Below are positions 12,384 to 24,205 of a stretch of DNA of 64,000 nucleotides, in pieces; within the stretch, counting starts at the first letter, position 1; every line of letters begins with the position of its first letter. The translations under genes were made by a program, and so were the position numbers. The notes under the pieces are model-generated. The model was not told where the DNA came from. It saw only the letters and a program-made list of their open reading frames with translations, and made no database searches. This DNA comes from Ministeria vibrans ATCC 50519 (Eukaryota > Protista > Filasterea): NCBI GenBank assembly GCA_943704425.1, contig CALSCP010002736.1, positions 11,185 through 75,184 on the forward strand, in the 5' to 3' direction.

Positions 12384-14474
12384 CTACCTCCAACAGCACC
12401 ACCACCACTTGAAAAGGTTGTGACGGGAGGTGGGACAGGTGCGCCTGAGGAGGCGGTAGAGAGCGATGATGCGGCAGGATGAATCTTCTTTTTGCTGCTC
12501 TTGTCGGTCTTGGCGGAGACAGGACGTTCGGCATTGGCAAGAATGCGCAAACACGTAATGGCGGCCTCCTTGCGAATGCCAGCCGAGTCATCCTCGAGAC
12601 ACACGACGACCCATTCACGCAGGAAGACGGTGAGATCATGACTGCTGAGGTCAAATCTACCGAGGGTGCGCAGTGCAAGCATGATGGTCTCGTTGTCAAA
12701 CGTCTCGGAGGTAGTGCCACCAGCACCACTGCTGGAAGAAAGCAAGAGATTGGCAGTGCGCGAGTCTGAGCCTCGCAGACCAATGGCGGAGGCGGGGCCT
12801 GAGCGGACGGCACGGGCACTTGCGTTCACAACGGCACTGACAACATTCGTGGCGGACGAGACGGGCATGCGACCAGACGTGGCGGGCCGACCGCCACTGC
12901 CGGTGCCGTTGGGCGGGATGGAGAGTCCCGGAAAGCGGTAGGGAAGACGCGAGAGAACCTTGGAGAGGATCTCGAGCAGACGTGCCTGAATGTTAGGCAC
13001 CATGGCCTCGATGTTGTGTGCGAGGTCGCGCAGGGCCACAACGAGTGGCTCGCTGAGACCACTGGCAAACATGAGGTCGAGCAGGTCGTACATGCTGGTG
13101 GAGAGGCAAGGGACGGAGGGGACGGCACGCGCGAGCATGGAGACGCAGGCGAAGACGGGACCCTCGTTGGCAAGCTTGCTGCTGCCACGTTTCGGCGTGA
13201 GGCCGTCGCGCACGTTATTGAGGATGCGTTCGTAGTAGGGAGGAGTGATGTCGGCGCCCAAGGCGAGAGCCATTTCGCCAAGAGCGTGGAAGGCGGAGGC
13301 GCGATGGGGTTCGCGGCGCACCACGTTGAGCAAGTGTTCCATGCACGAGTCGAGGTGGCCCGAAGCGACAAAGCCCTCGGGACTAAAGCTCGCCAGGGAT
13401 GGAAGCAATGAGATGACGGTGCGTTGCACAAGCGAGCTACGATGGTCCTTGTACTTCATGATGGTCTCGCAAGTGAACGCAAACTGCTCCATCATAAACT
13501 CGTCCTGGTGCAGCAACAGTTCGCCCAGGGCCAGCAGCGAGCCGTGCACTGGATCGTCCTTGTTCGACTTGAGGCCTGTCAGAGCCTCCTCGTAGACGAT
13601 TTTGGTCCATTGTGCGCGGATGCGCGGCTCGCGCTTTGCCGTGAGGGCCAGAGCAGCGCGCAACGCTGCAATGGCCCCCTCGCGCACCGTGTTCTTTTGG
13701 TCGCGCACGGCGACAAAGATACTCTTGAAGAACTGGCCGATGATGGTGTAGAAGAGGGTGGGGGCATTGGTCGCGAGCTGGTCGAGGACGAGCACCGCAG
13801 CGTACCGCTTCATCTCGTTACGATCGCCCTGCAGCCACTCGAGCGCCTCACGCGCCTCAAACTCGATAAACTCGGCCGTGAGCGTGCCGCCTACAAGGGC
13901 AAGGCGACCGACCGCCTTGGAGGCGACGACCATGACCTGTGCGTCGTTGCCAGGCAGCACATAGCGCAACTGGTTGGTAAAGCGAGCGATTTTTGTGGCG
14001 TTCTCTTCGCCCTCAAAGTCTATGAGCTCGTTGATGGCAAGCAGGCCGCCAATGCGCTCCGCAGTGTCTGTGCAGTGCACCATGTCGCTGATGCCGCGGT
14101 CAACGGCCTTCATAAAGGTCACAGCGTCGCCTGGATTTTCTCGGACGTGCGACGCAACATAGGCGCGCAGTTCCTGGGCTGCACGGACGCGCGCGTCCTC
14201 GTTGCTGTCGACAGAGAGGGCGGGGGTGAGCAGGGGGGTGTGGGGCGCGCGGCAGACGGGGGAGAGAGGGCCCAGGGGGGCCGGGGGAGAGGCGGGAAGC
14301 GATGCGGCTGCTCACAGCATCGAAAATACCCAAGAGAAAAAAAAGAAAAAAAAGGGAAAAAAAGAAGAAAAAAAGGGAGAGCGGAAGGGAAAGGGGGAGA
14401 AGTGGAACACACAGGTGTGAAGAGAAGACATACCGGCTCTTGAGCTCGCCGAGTAGGCGAGCAAGTTCTGCCAT
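7009..14474 (-). CDS. TOR: Target of rapamycin kinase (HEAT, FAT, FRB, kinase N-lobe); kinase C-lobe and FATC absent from the window
   Basis: Exon 1 (14434-14474, MAELARLLGELKSR) splices to exon 2 (14204-7009). Motifs ELLRESPSPSLRSC, AYAKALHYKE, FRB ([40 protein letters not shown]) and [34 protein letters not shown], then donor AG|GTAAGA at 7008. Confidence 0.97.
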
Positions 14475-14499
14475 TCACGAGAAGAGAATAGAAACAAAA

Positions 14500-14885
14500 A
14501 AAAATAATGATCATTGATTATCAGTAGAAGTTCGATGTGACCGCCAGAACTGTAAGATGAGCGCAGGCTGATGGTCGAGGTGACAAGTGTAGAGTCACTG
14601 GACACTGAGGGATCAGGGATGAGTGTGTGAGTGAAAAGGATCGGTTGGATGGGTTGTTGTTATTATATTCCTTTGGTCTATTAATTATTCATTCGATATT
14701 CAATATCATCAGTCGAGTGAGAGTCGACTCGACACTCGACAGTCGACAGTCATCAGTTTCTCACTCAGTGAGTGACACTCACTCATCACTGATCCTGAAT
14801 AATAATATAAAAAATCGACATCTTTAGTGCTCTTTACTCTGACTCAGATCACTCATCACTCAGATCACTCAGTCTTTTTTTTGTT
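14500..14885. promoter_or_regulatory. Putative bidirectional promoter between TOR and NADK, rich in TCAGT/TCACT/TGATC motifs
   Basis: Divergent ATGs at 14474 and 14894 with a dense cluster of TCACTCA, TCAGT and GATCACT on both strands. The function is inferred. Confidence 0.55.
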
Positions 14886-14893
14886 CATTTGCA

Positions 14894-16775
14894 ATGGCTG
14901 ATCACAAGCGCGACAAAGCTTGCGATGAACTCCAGCCCGAAGGGTTTGCCTCGCCTCGCCGCCTGTCGGCCATGAAACGCTCGGGCAGCAGTGGGATCAA
15001 GGATGAGCATAGGTACGTGAGTCGTGTGTTGAGACTGTTCTTTTGGGGTATTGTTGGACGATAACAATTTCAAAACCGACAAGGGTCGACACCCGCTGAG
15101 CCCAAAACGCCTTTTTGCTGCCTTCCCTGCAGGTCGCAGAGCGCCAACTCGATCCTACTGACCTGGACGGTGCCTCCCAGAAACGTGCTGGTCATCAAGA
15201 AGCACCGTGACAGCCGTGCGACCGACAAGTTTTTTGAGATTGTGTTGTGGCTGCTCGACGAGAAAGTGAGATGATAATTATTATCATAATTATTATAACA
15301 ATGTTTCTTTTTTTGTTGTTGTTGTTGGCTCACACGTCTATGTTGTATGATTAGAAAATGATTGTGTATGCGGAAAATGGAGTCACGGAAGACGCGACGT
15401 TGCGCGACGACGGACGATTTTCGGGTCTGATCAGTCGTCTGGAGATTCTCGACACTGCAAACATTCCGAAATCGGACGAAAAGGTGCGACAACGAGTGAA
15501 CGTGTGTGTGAAAGAGAGGAAACGGGAAGAGAACGATCAGAGACGAGGTGGATAATAATGATTGTGGTGTGTAGGACATTGACATTGACTTTATCATTTG
15601 CATTGGGGGCGACGGAACCATTCTGTATGCGTCGTCGCTGTTTCAAGCGGAAGTACCGCCCGTCATTAGTTTCCATATGGGTTCGTTGGGATTCCTGATG
15701 AACTTTGACGCGAGTTCGTTTCAGACGCCCATTGAGCGGATGATTGCGGGTCGAGCGAGCGCGACACTGCGCTCACGACTCGAATGTGAGTTCATCAAAG
15801 CACGACAGGTATCCTATCGTACTAGTCAGACACAATGACGAATTGAGTATCCATGTATGCATTTGTATGTCTTTTATATGTGTTAGTCTGTGCACTGCGT
15901 TTCGCCATCACAGCAGCAATCACGTCGCGACAGCTTCTCCTCCTCTGCTCACGATACCATTTCCGCTCTTCCCTCGACGGAAAATGTCTTTCGCATTCTC
16001 AATGAGATTGTCATTGATCGTGGCTCATCGTCCTATCTCAGTGATTTGGAAGTGTACTGTAACGGACGGCACATCACCACTGTCCAAGTAACTCGAAAAA
16101 AATCAATAGATTGACAGTGAGAAAATTGACAATGCGTAGGGTGATGGGTTGATTATTGCCTCATCGACTGGCTCGACGGCGTACTCGCTGTCCGCCGGCG
16201 GGCCTATGGTCCATCCCACTGGTAACTCATTTGCACTGTGTGTCGTGAGAATTCAATGAGTATTGCGCTACTTTTTTTCTTCATTCTTCTCTTTGTGCGT
16301 GTTACGTTTTTTTTTGTGTGCTTTGTGTTTTTCTTTCGTATTCTTTTCTTTTACATGACAAAATCGAAGAAAGAAAGAGGAGAATCTAGTGATGTGATTT
16401 ACGCAATTGACTTATTCCTGTGTACGCACTCACTCTCACTACATCACTCACTGCTTACACTTTGGCGCAGTGAATGCGATTCTGCTGACCCCCGTGTGTG
16501 CGCACTCATTGTCGTTCCGGCCGATTGTGATGCCCGACACAGTGATTCTGCTTTTGGTGGTGTCGCCGCACAGTCGCGAGAGCGTGTGGGTGTCGCTAGA
16601 CGGACGCAACCGTCATGAACTCAACAAGGGCGACGCTATTCGCGTGCGCATGAGCAACTCGTATGTGCCAACCATGAACGACATTGATGACTCTGCCGAC
16701 TGGTTCCACTCCCTCTCTTCCTGTCTCAATTGGAACACGCGCGTGCACCAGAGACCTTTTGAAGGCAAACTCTAA
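14894..16775 (+). CDS. NADK: NAD+ kinase, multi-exon
   Basis: Spliced motifs [59 protein letters not shown]|[21 protein letters not shown] and [16 protein letters not shown]. Confidence 0.95.
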
Positions 16776-17185
16776 CATTGTACATTAACAAAAGAAGACG
16801 GTTTTTCATGTTCACACATCCACAGTGTCTCGTTTTGCCAAAAGAGATTTTTGGTTTAAAGCGCCCGCTTCAACATAAATTACGTGTGCAGAATCCTTGT
16901 AGGCTTCGTCGAATCGACATCGGGAGACAATGTTGGTGATCTTGCTGTGTTCTCGTGCTGACGTAGTTGCAAGACGCAGTTGCAGGTTCAGGATTGTTAA
17001 AGCGATCATATGTGCATCCTGCAGCAAAACTACAAGAAAAACATTCTCTCCTATCACTCAACAACGTTCATGCGCAGATATAAATAATTATTTTAATTTT
17101 AATAATAATAATAAAAAAATATAATGATTAATAATAATAATAATTTAAGAAACAATAATAATAATAATAATAATAATATAATTAA

Positions 17186-17222
<37 letters not shown>

Positions 17223-17291
17223 TTATTATTATTATTAATTATTATACAGAAACAAATATTAATTTATAATAAATATTTTTTAACATTATCG

Positions 17292-18548
17292 TTATGATAC
17301 GGTAGTATTGACAGTGGTTTGAAGGGAAAGCTCTCGAAAGGAAGAGTGAGGAGGGGGAGAGGGGAGGAGAGGCCAGTGGGGAGAGCGAGCCCATTGAGGA
17401 GTGTTGTGGAGCCAGAGGGAGGGCAGGGCGGAGATAAAGGCGTGCTGGGGCGCATGTGTATCACTGGTACTGCCAGTGGGGTCGTCGGCACGAGCAAATT
17501 TACGGGCGATGAGGAAACAGTGAGTTGGAGTGCAGGGGAGTGAGTCGGTGTAGGCGAAGGAGGTGGCGTTCCGGAAGGAGGCTGCGTCGGCACCAAACTC
17601 AAAGGGATGCTGGTTGCTTGTTTTGCTCCAGCCCCAACGCGCGTAGGTGAGCGAAGCTTTCACGCGGAAGAATGACCCGAGGGGCATGGGAAAGGCGGCA
17701 AAAAAGTTTTGAAAGATGTGCTCGGGTGTGGAGACGGAGAAGGACACGCCAAACTCAAAGAGCCACGACCGGTGCTCGCGCATAGCAATCTGTTGAGCAT
17801 GAGTGCGTGTGAGGGCCGTCCACGAGCTGCCCTTGAGGAATTCGTGACGAGGTACGGGGGGGTTGAGATGATTTCCAAAGTAGCGCACGGCCCAGTCGAA
17901 GTTGCGCTGTTTGCCTGAGACAGGGTCCTCTGTGCCGGGCCCAAAGCTCTCGAGGAAGGAGGTGTTTCGATGGTAGATGAGAAGGTAGCGGTAGATGAAG
18001 GCAAACGACTGGAGCGGCAAACAGGACTCGGTGACGGTGAGAAACATCTGGTTGTGCGCATCGTCGGCCAGCGCCAGCTCAAGCAGCAGAAAGATGGCAT
18101 TGGCCATGTCGCGGGTCTTGTAGCGCGTCTTGATGGGCTTCGGGTGGTTCACGACGGGGTTGTCGTCGCTGAGGCGCGACGCAAAGGGGACGTTGGGCGC
18201 CGTGTGGGCGTACAGAGTGTACAGCTCGCGTGGGACGCCGCGGAAGAAGGCGCGCCACGCATGCGGCAGTTTGTGCGTGCCGTTCTTGGCCAGAAACACA
18301 AATGCGATTTTGCCATAGCGGCGCGCAAAGTCGGCCGTGAGCGCCTCCTCGGTGGGCGTCAGGGCAGCATCAGCAGCAGCAGCAGCGGGGGTGGGGGCGG
18401 CGGGGGGCTCCCGTGGCAGCGATCGCAGAGCGACTGTCACCGGACGAAGTGTGGACGGCGCTGGCGGCTGACTCCACCACAAGACGCCCCCGACGAGTAA
18501 GATGCACACGGTGGCGGCAAGTATCCTACTGACATGAAGGCGGATCAT
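17292..18548 (-). CDS. Type II membrane Core-2/I-branching (GT14-like, DUF266-type) glycosyltransferase; a possible extra 3' exon lies at ~16812-17018
   Basis: N-terminal TM anchor and Pro/Ala stem, then KIAFVFL, W..FF, LY.H, LALAD..NQMFLTVTESCLPL.SF..IY.YL, KGSSW.AL.R.HA, LTY..W and FLIARKF. Confidence 0.85.
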   Translation of the reverse strand: MIRLHVSRILAATVCILLVGGVLWWSQPPAPSTLRPVTVALRSLPREPPAAPTPAAAAADAALTPTEEALTADFARRYGKIAFVFLAKNGTHKLPHAWRAFFRGVPRELYTLYAHTAPNVPFASRLSDDNPVVNHPKPIKTRYKTRDMANAIFLLLELALADDAHNQMFLTVTESCLPLQSFAFIYRYLLIYHRNTSFLESFGPGTEDPVSGKQRNFDWAVRYFGNHLNPPVPRHEFLKGSSWTALTRTHAQQIAMREHRSWLFEFGVSFSVSTPEHIFQNFFAAFPMPLGSFFRVKASLTYARWGWSKTSNQHPFEFGADAASFRNATSFAYTDSLPCTPTHCFLIARKFARADDPTGSTSDTHAPQHAFISALPSLWLHNTPQWARSPHWPLLPSPPPHSSFRELSLQTTVNTTVS

Positions 18549-18613
18549 AATAAAAATTTGAATTGAATGAGTAGGAAAATTGAATGAGTAAGTTTACAAA
18601 TCAAATATTTGTC

Positions 18614-19202
18614 ATGTCGTTCAAGCGATCCAGAAGTGATTCCAGTGGTTCAGCCTCGTGCAAAGCTGGGGGTAGCGAGGAGCCCGGAATGCTGCAGGTG
18701 GCTGAAAAACACTGTCGCCGGTACGAAAAGTGCTCTGATCACTCTGGCGACTGTCGTTTCTCTCGCTGACCGTCTTGCTGGGGGTGTGTTTGTTTGGCGG
18801 GTGGGCGTGGGCGCTGGGGGTGCTTAGGTTCATTCAAGGGTGGAACCGGGCGCGTCGCACGGACGGCATTCGGTGTTCGCAAATGACGTACGTGTCATCT
18901 CTGTCTCTCTCTCTCTTACTCTAACGTTCCTTCTCAACTCTCACCATTTACAATAATAATAGAGGAGGCCTGACTAACGTGCTCATTAAATGTGATTTGG
19001 TTGATGAGGACCTGGCTGACGTGACAGAGCGGCGCGTGCTGGTGCGTCTGTACGGCAAGAACGTCGAAGTCTTCTTCGACCGAAATCTCGACCAAGTGCT
19101 GTTTGTGACGCTTGCCGAGCGCGGCTTTGGCCCTAGGCTGTACGGGCTCTTTCCAGAAGGACGCATTGAGCGTAAGATGTCCACGCGAGTCCTCTCGTGC
19201 AG

Positions 19203-19233
<31 letters not shown>

Positions 19234-20522
19234 GCCCTTGACTGTTATGTGTGTGGCTTTTGACTGTTATGTGTGTGGCCCTTGACTGTTATGTGTGTGG
19301 CTCTTGACTGTTATGTGTGTGGCTCTTGACTGTTATGTGTGTGGCTCTTGACTGCTATGTGTGTGGCTCTTGACTGATATGTGTGTGGCTCCTGACTACT
19401 TTGTGTGTGGCTCTTGACTGCTATGTGTGTGGCTTTTAACTGCTGTGTGTGTGGCTCTTAACTGCTGTGTGTAGAGTTCATTGACGGCCGAACGCTTTGC
19501 ACCAATGACCTTTGCCAGCCCGCCATAAGCACAGCCATTGCGCAAATGGCTGCTCGAATCCACGCACTGGTCGTGCCGCTTGACAAACGACCCAATGTCG
19601 AGCGTGACATTCTCCGGTGGATGCAACTCGCAAAGGAAACGGTAAGACTTGCGAAAGCCAGCACAAGTGCACCATTGTGTAACGTTTCATTAGGGTTCTT
19701 CCCTTGCGAGTGAATTTCTGAGTGATTCTGACGATATTATGCGATTTGTGCGGGAAATTGTCTCTTTGGCACACACTAAAACGGTCTTTTCTCACAATGA
19801 TCTTCAAGAGGGTAAAACAATCACAAAGTGTTTGCACATGAGAGTCACGCTTCTTTTGGTTTGTTTTGTTGTTAGGAAATATTATATTGACGTCGGATGA
19901 AACGTCAGAAGAAGTTCAATTGACAGTCATTGACTATGAATACGGGTAAAAAGAAACGCACGATCAAACAATACTCTAAACTACTTAATGTCGGTCTATT
20001 ATCGTTTGTTTTATTCAGCCGGTACAACTTTGCGGGTTTTGACATTGCAAATCACTTTTGCGAATGGACTTATGACTATTCCCACTCTGAATATCCCTTT
20101 TTCACATTCTCTCCCGATCAATATCCCACTTTGGAACAGGTAACGTCGAAAACCAAGGTTCAAATTGAAACGCATTGTCAAACAGCAAAAGCGGTTCATT
20201 GAAACGTACCTGAACGAGAGCCAAGAGTTAAGGGGAGAGGAGGAGAGGGAGCAAGTGAGCACCGATGAGATTGCCTTGACTGTGAGTGATGTGATGCGCT
20301 TTCGCATTCTCTTGGAACTCTTTTGGGGCATATGGGGCATTTTACAGGTATTCAAGCTGATTGATAATCACGCTTACTTGTCCAAACTCCACTCCATTGT
20401 TCTTCTCTTGTTGTTGTTTAGGCCCAGAGTTCAGTGATTGTGTTTGGGTATAAGAGTATGCTCAGACGCGATTGAGCAACTATGTCCGATTGAGAAGAGA
20501 GTTCGAAGAGAGTGACAAATAA
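18614..20522 (+). CDS. Choline/ethanolamine kinase, multi-exon
   Basis: Spliced motifs GGLTN, VLVRLYG, LAERGFGPRLYGLFPEGRIE, Brenner motif VFSHNDLQEGNILL and IDYEYG.YN..GFDIANHFCEWTYDY. Confidence 0.93.
19236..19470. repeat. 22-bp tandem minisatellite CTTGACTGTTATGTGTGTGGCT in a choline kinase intron
   Basis: About 10 near-identical tandem copies ending at the acceptor GTGTAG. Confidence 0.95.
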
Positions 20523-20816
20523 TGAATGAAAAATTGTGCAATTTTATTTCTTTTTCTGAAAAATAGACACAAAACTCAGAAATTCCAATGAGAGAGCAAA
20601 CGTGTTATAATGTAATAATCATAATAATCATAATAATTATTAATAATAATTATTGTTATTCTTATTATTATTATTATTATTATTAATAATTATTGTTATT
20701 ATTGCTATTATTGTTATTATTAGTATTATTATTATTATTATTATTACTATTATTATTATTATTATTATTATTATCATTATGTTAATGTGTGTGAAAAAAA
20801 AACACAATGTATTGTT

Positions 20817-22853
20817 CTACTTGAGCTCAAAGAGCCCCCAAGTAAGAGGACCATCGGGAGAGCGCAGGAGCTTCAGGGCCTCCTCAAAGGAGTATTCCTT
20901 CTGCTCGGACTGGTCTTGCTTCTTGACCGTCTTCTTGGCATAGCGGAAGAACTTGGCGTTGGCCTTGGTGTCCTCGTCAAGCGCCGCCAGAAAGGCCTCC
21001 ACCGAGAAGGGGTCGTCGAACTCGCCGCCGTCGTCATTGCCGTCGATCACGGCGCACTTGCGTACCTCCTTGACAATAACGTCGAGCGTGATTTCGTCGA
21101 GTTCGTGCGCGAAGATGGTGCATGAGAACGGCTCAACCTTCTTAATCGACTCGCCCTATACACCCACAAGTGTCACTCACTCCCTCTCAAAACCCCAACC
21201 CCAAACTCAAACTCAACCCAAATCGACTTACCTGCAGCGACACCAGCTTACTGCGCTTCATTGGGTTGACGTTGTCGCCACGCCACCACGTCGCAATGTA
21301 CTTTGTGCGGCGGAACTGCCCAGTCCCAAAGCCCATGCGCACAATCCCGTACAAAATCTCATCGTCTTTGAGCCATTCGCGCATCTCCTCCACCGACAGT
21401 GTTCCACCATTAAAGAAGTCCATTTTGTTGTCGGGCGTCGGCTTGAACAACGCCCAGTTAAACGGCCCCCGTGGCTTGCGGATCTGCTCCATACACTGGT
21501 CCGCCGTAATGTCGCCCATCTCAATCGCGGTCAGTCGGTGTCCATCGCCCGCCTCAATCGACGCGCCCGCTGCCGCCGAAGATGATTGCACCATCTGTAC
21601 GCATAAAATAGATGAGTAAAAATAAGCAGAGTGAGGCAAAGTAATGCATACTAATACAATGATAGAGAAAGTGAAACAAAGTGATACATACAGAGAGAAG
21701 CAAAGTGATACATAGAGCGAGTGAAGCAAAGTAATACATACAGAGAGAAGCAAAGTGATACATAGAGAGAGTGAATCAAAGTAATACATAGAGAGAAGCA
21801 AAGTGATACATAGAGCGAGTGAAGCAAAGTATTACATACAGAGAGAAGCAAAGTGATACATAGAGAGAGAAGCAAAGTGATACATAGAGAGAGTGAAGCA
21901 AAGTAATACATAGAGAGAGAAGCAAAGTGATACATAGAGAGAGTGAAGCAAAGTAATACATAGAGAGAGAAGCAAAGTGATACATGGAGCGAGTGAAGCA
22001 AAGTAATACATAGAGAGAGAAGCAAAGTGATACATGGAGCGAGTGAAACAAAGTGATACAGTGAGAGAGAAGCAAAGTAATAAATCAAAAATACATATAG
22101 AGAGAGTGAAGTAAAGTGATACATAGAGAGAGTGAAACCAAAGTGATAGAGAGCATATGTGTGTATATATGTGTATGAGTGCACATAAGACGTGCGCCAT
22201 CGCATCCGCCCACCCCCCACGCCATCTGACCTTCTGATAGTCTCTCTTGAGGCTCTCAATGGAGAACTCTCCGTTGTCCGACACAAACACTGTCTTGAGC
22301 TCCGTCAGAACATGCTCGATTGAGCAGTCCTCGCGGTCGTCAATGGTCACCTGGCCGTTCACGTCGCCCACAGCACTCTTGACAGCACCTGTGGACGTCC
22401 GTGTCAGTGTGTGCGGTTTCAATCACAAAATCAAACCAGAAAAACCAAAAACACAAAAGAAAAAAGAGCCAAATGGGACAATAAGAGACGGACATACGGC
22501 AGAAGAGGCGCTTACCCAGGTTTGTGTTGACACGGGCCTTCTTGATGCCCGACACATTGGCCCCTTTGAAGACAACCTAACAACAACACATCCAATCAAT
22601 TATTATTATGGTTATTGTTATCACATTCCATAATTATTGTGTGATTCGGACCATCAGGAGCTTTGTGCGCTGAAACGTGCCGGAGCCAAGAGTAAACCGC
22701 AACAGTCCAAACTGAACGGCGTCGTCGCTGAGACGGAGCAGTTGACGTGCACAACATGAGATCACAAATCAGATCTTTTTTTGGTTCTTACTTGAGGTGT
22801 CCGCGCATCTCATCGATGCCGCCCGAGCCCGTTCCAATAACTTTCATAGCCAT
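20817..22853 (-). CDS. Tandem ADF-H (coactosin-like) actin-binding protein, apparently circularly permuted
   Basis: Two ADF-H units: GSGGIDEMRGHLNDDAVQFGLLRF..RTKL..GANVSGIKKA, and NWALF..GGTLSVEEMREWLKDDEILYGIVRMGFGTGQFRRTKYIATWWRGDNVNPMKRSK. Exons are joined by GT-AG introns. Confidence 0.85.
21650..22152. repeat. Intronic minisatellite GAAGCAAAGT(G/A)ATACATAGAGAGA in the ADF-H gene
   Basis: About 20 tandem 22-26 bp units, often alternating GTGATA and GTAATA variants. Confidence 0.95.
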
Positions 22854-23260
22854 AGTAGAATAAGTCGTGAGAGTGGGAATGCGCTAGTTGAAATGGGAAT
22901 ATCAAAATTTTATTGTTTGGAATAATTTGATTTTGCCATTTTGGAAGATATGAATAAATAAGCCAAAACAATTACAGCTCTTGATCCTCTATTTATTTTT
23001 TCTTAATACAAATTTTACAACAATACAACATCACACTGCTTCCGCGGACTGCCATTAACTTGAAAACTCGCTCAAACTCGTATTACGGGAATGATTGGAA
23101 AATAATGCCCAAGAAAAAAATACTTCGAATGATTGTCTTACTCGTTCATACAACAACGGAAACACATTGAATACAAGTACAACAATACGTTGGTTTTGAT
23201 CGCTGTACAACAACAAACAACTCTCTTCTAGACATTCCACTCGGCAAACTCGACATGGCT

Positions 23261-24169
23261 TCACTCGGCGTGCGGGACTCTGCGCCTCAGCACAAACCCG
23301 TGTGCGGTCCGCCGCACATCAGGATCACCCGGATCCCGCGGAAACACCGGTGGTCGGTTCATATCCGTAAACAGTCGCTCAGCAAAGAAATAGTGTGGAG
23401 CTAACTCGGCCAACGGAAAAAACGCCTATAGAGGGAAGACAAAACCCAATTCTTCAGTCCATATTTCACGCACATTCTATAGCATTACCAAATCTCGATC
23501 AATATGCTTCACTGTGTGATGACAATACCCAAACAGAATGATTCCTCCCTCTGCCAAGAGCCCACTCATCGACTCCAGAAAGTACTCTACAACACGAATA
23601 CAATACAATGAGTGCGCACTTTCTCCATTCATCCTCTCTCCTCTTATTCCTACTGTGCTGATTGTGGTTGAAAACCAAATCACTCATAATAATCACATCA
23701 AACCGACCGTGCTTGCTGCGAAGCTCTTCAATATCGCGACCACATCGATGCGCCTAAGTCGATTAAGGGTTGTATTAATAATAATAATAACATTATTATT
23801 ATTAACTGATAGTGCACTATGACTGCTGTGTATACCTCAACAAAAATGCGCGACTTGTAAGGCTCCTCTGTCACAACCTGTGCCATGTTTTCTTTCACGG
23901 CATTTACCAGTAACTCCTCGGGATATTCTGCTGCCACCACCTTTTGCGCTGCAACGAGAGTGATCGGTAGTTAGTGCATCTGACTCATATCCGACTCGCG
24001 TTCGACTCTCTCCTCTTACCACCGGAAAAGAGCGCCACCAAGCTTGGAAGAGCTGCCCCAGCTCCAATTTCAATCACACTCTTGCCCAATACCAACTCTT
24101 TGTGGGCATCAATCCATTCGGCGAGTGAGTAGGATGAGTTTGAGATGGTGCTAAAATGATCAATGTCAT

Positions 24170-24205
<36 letters not shown>

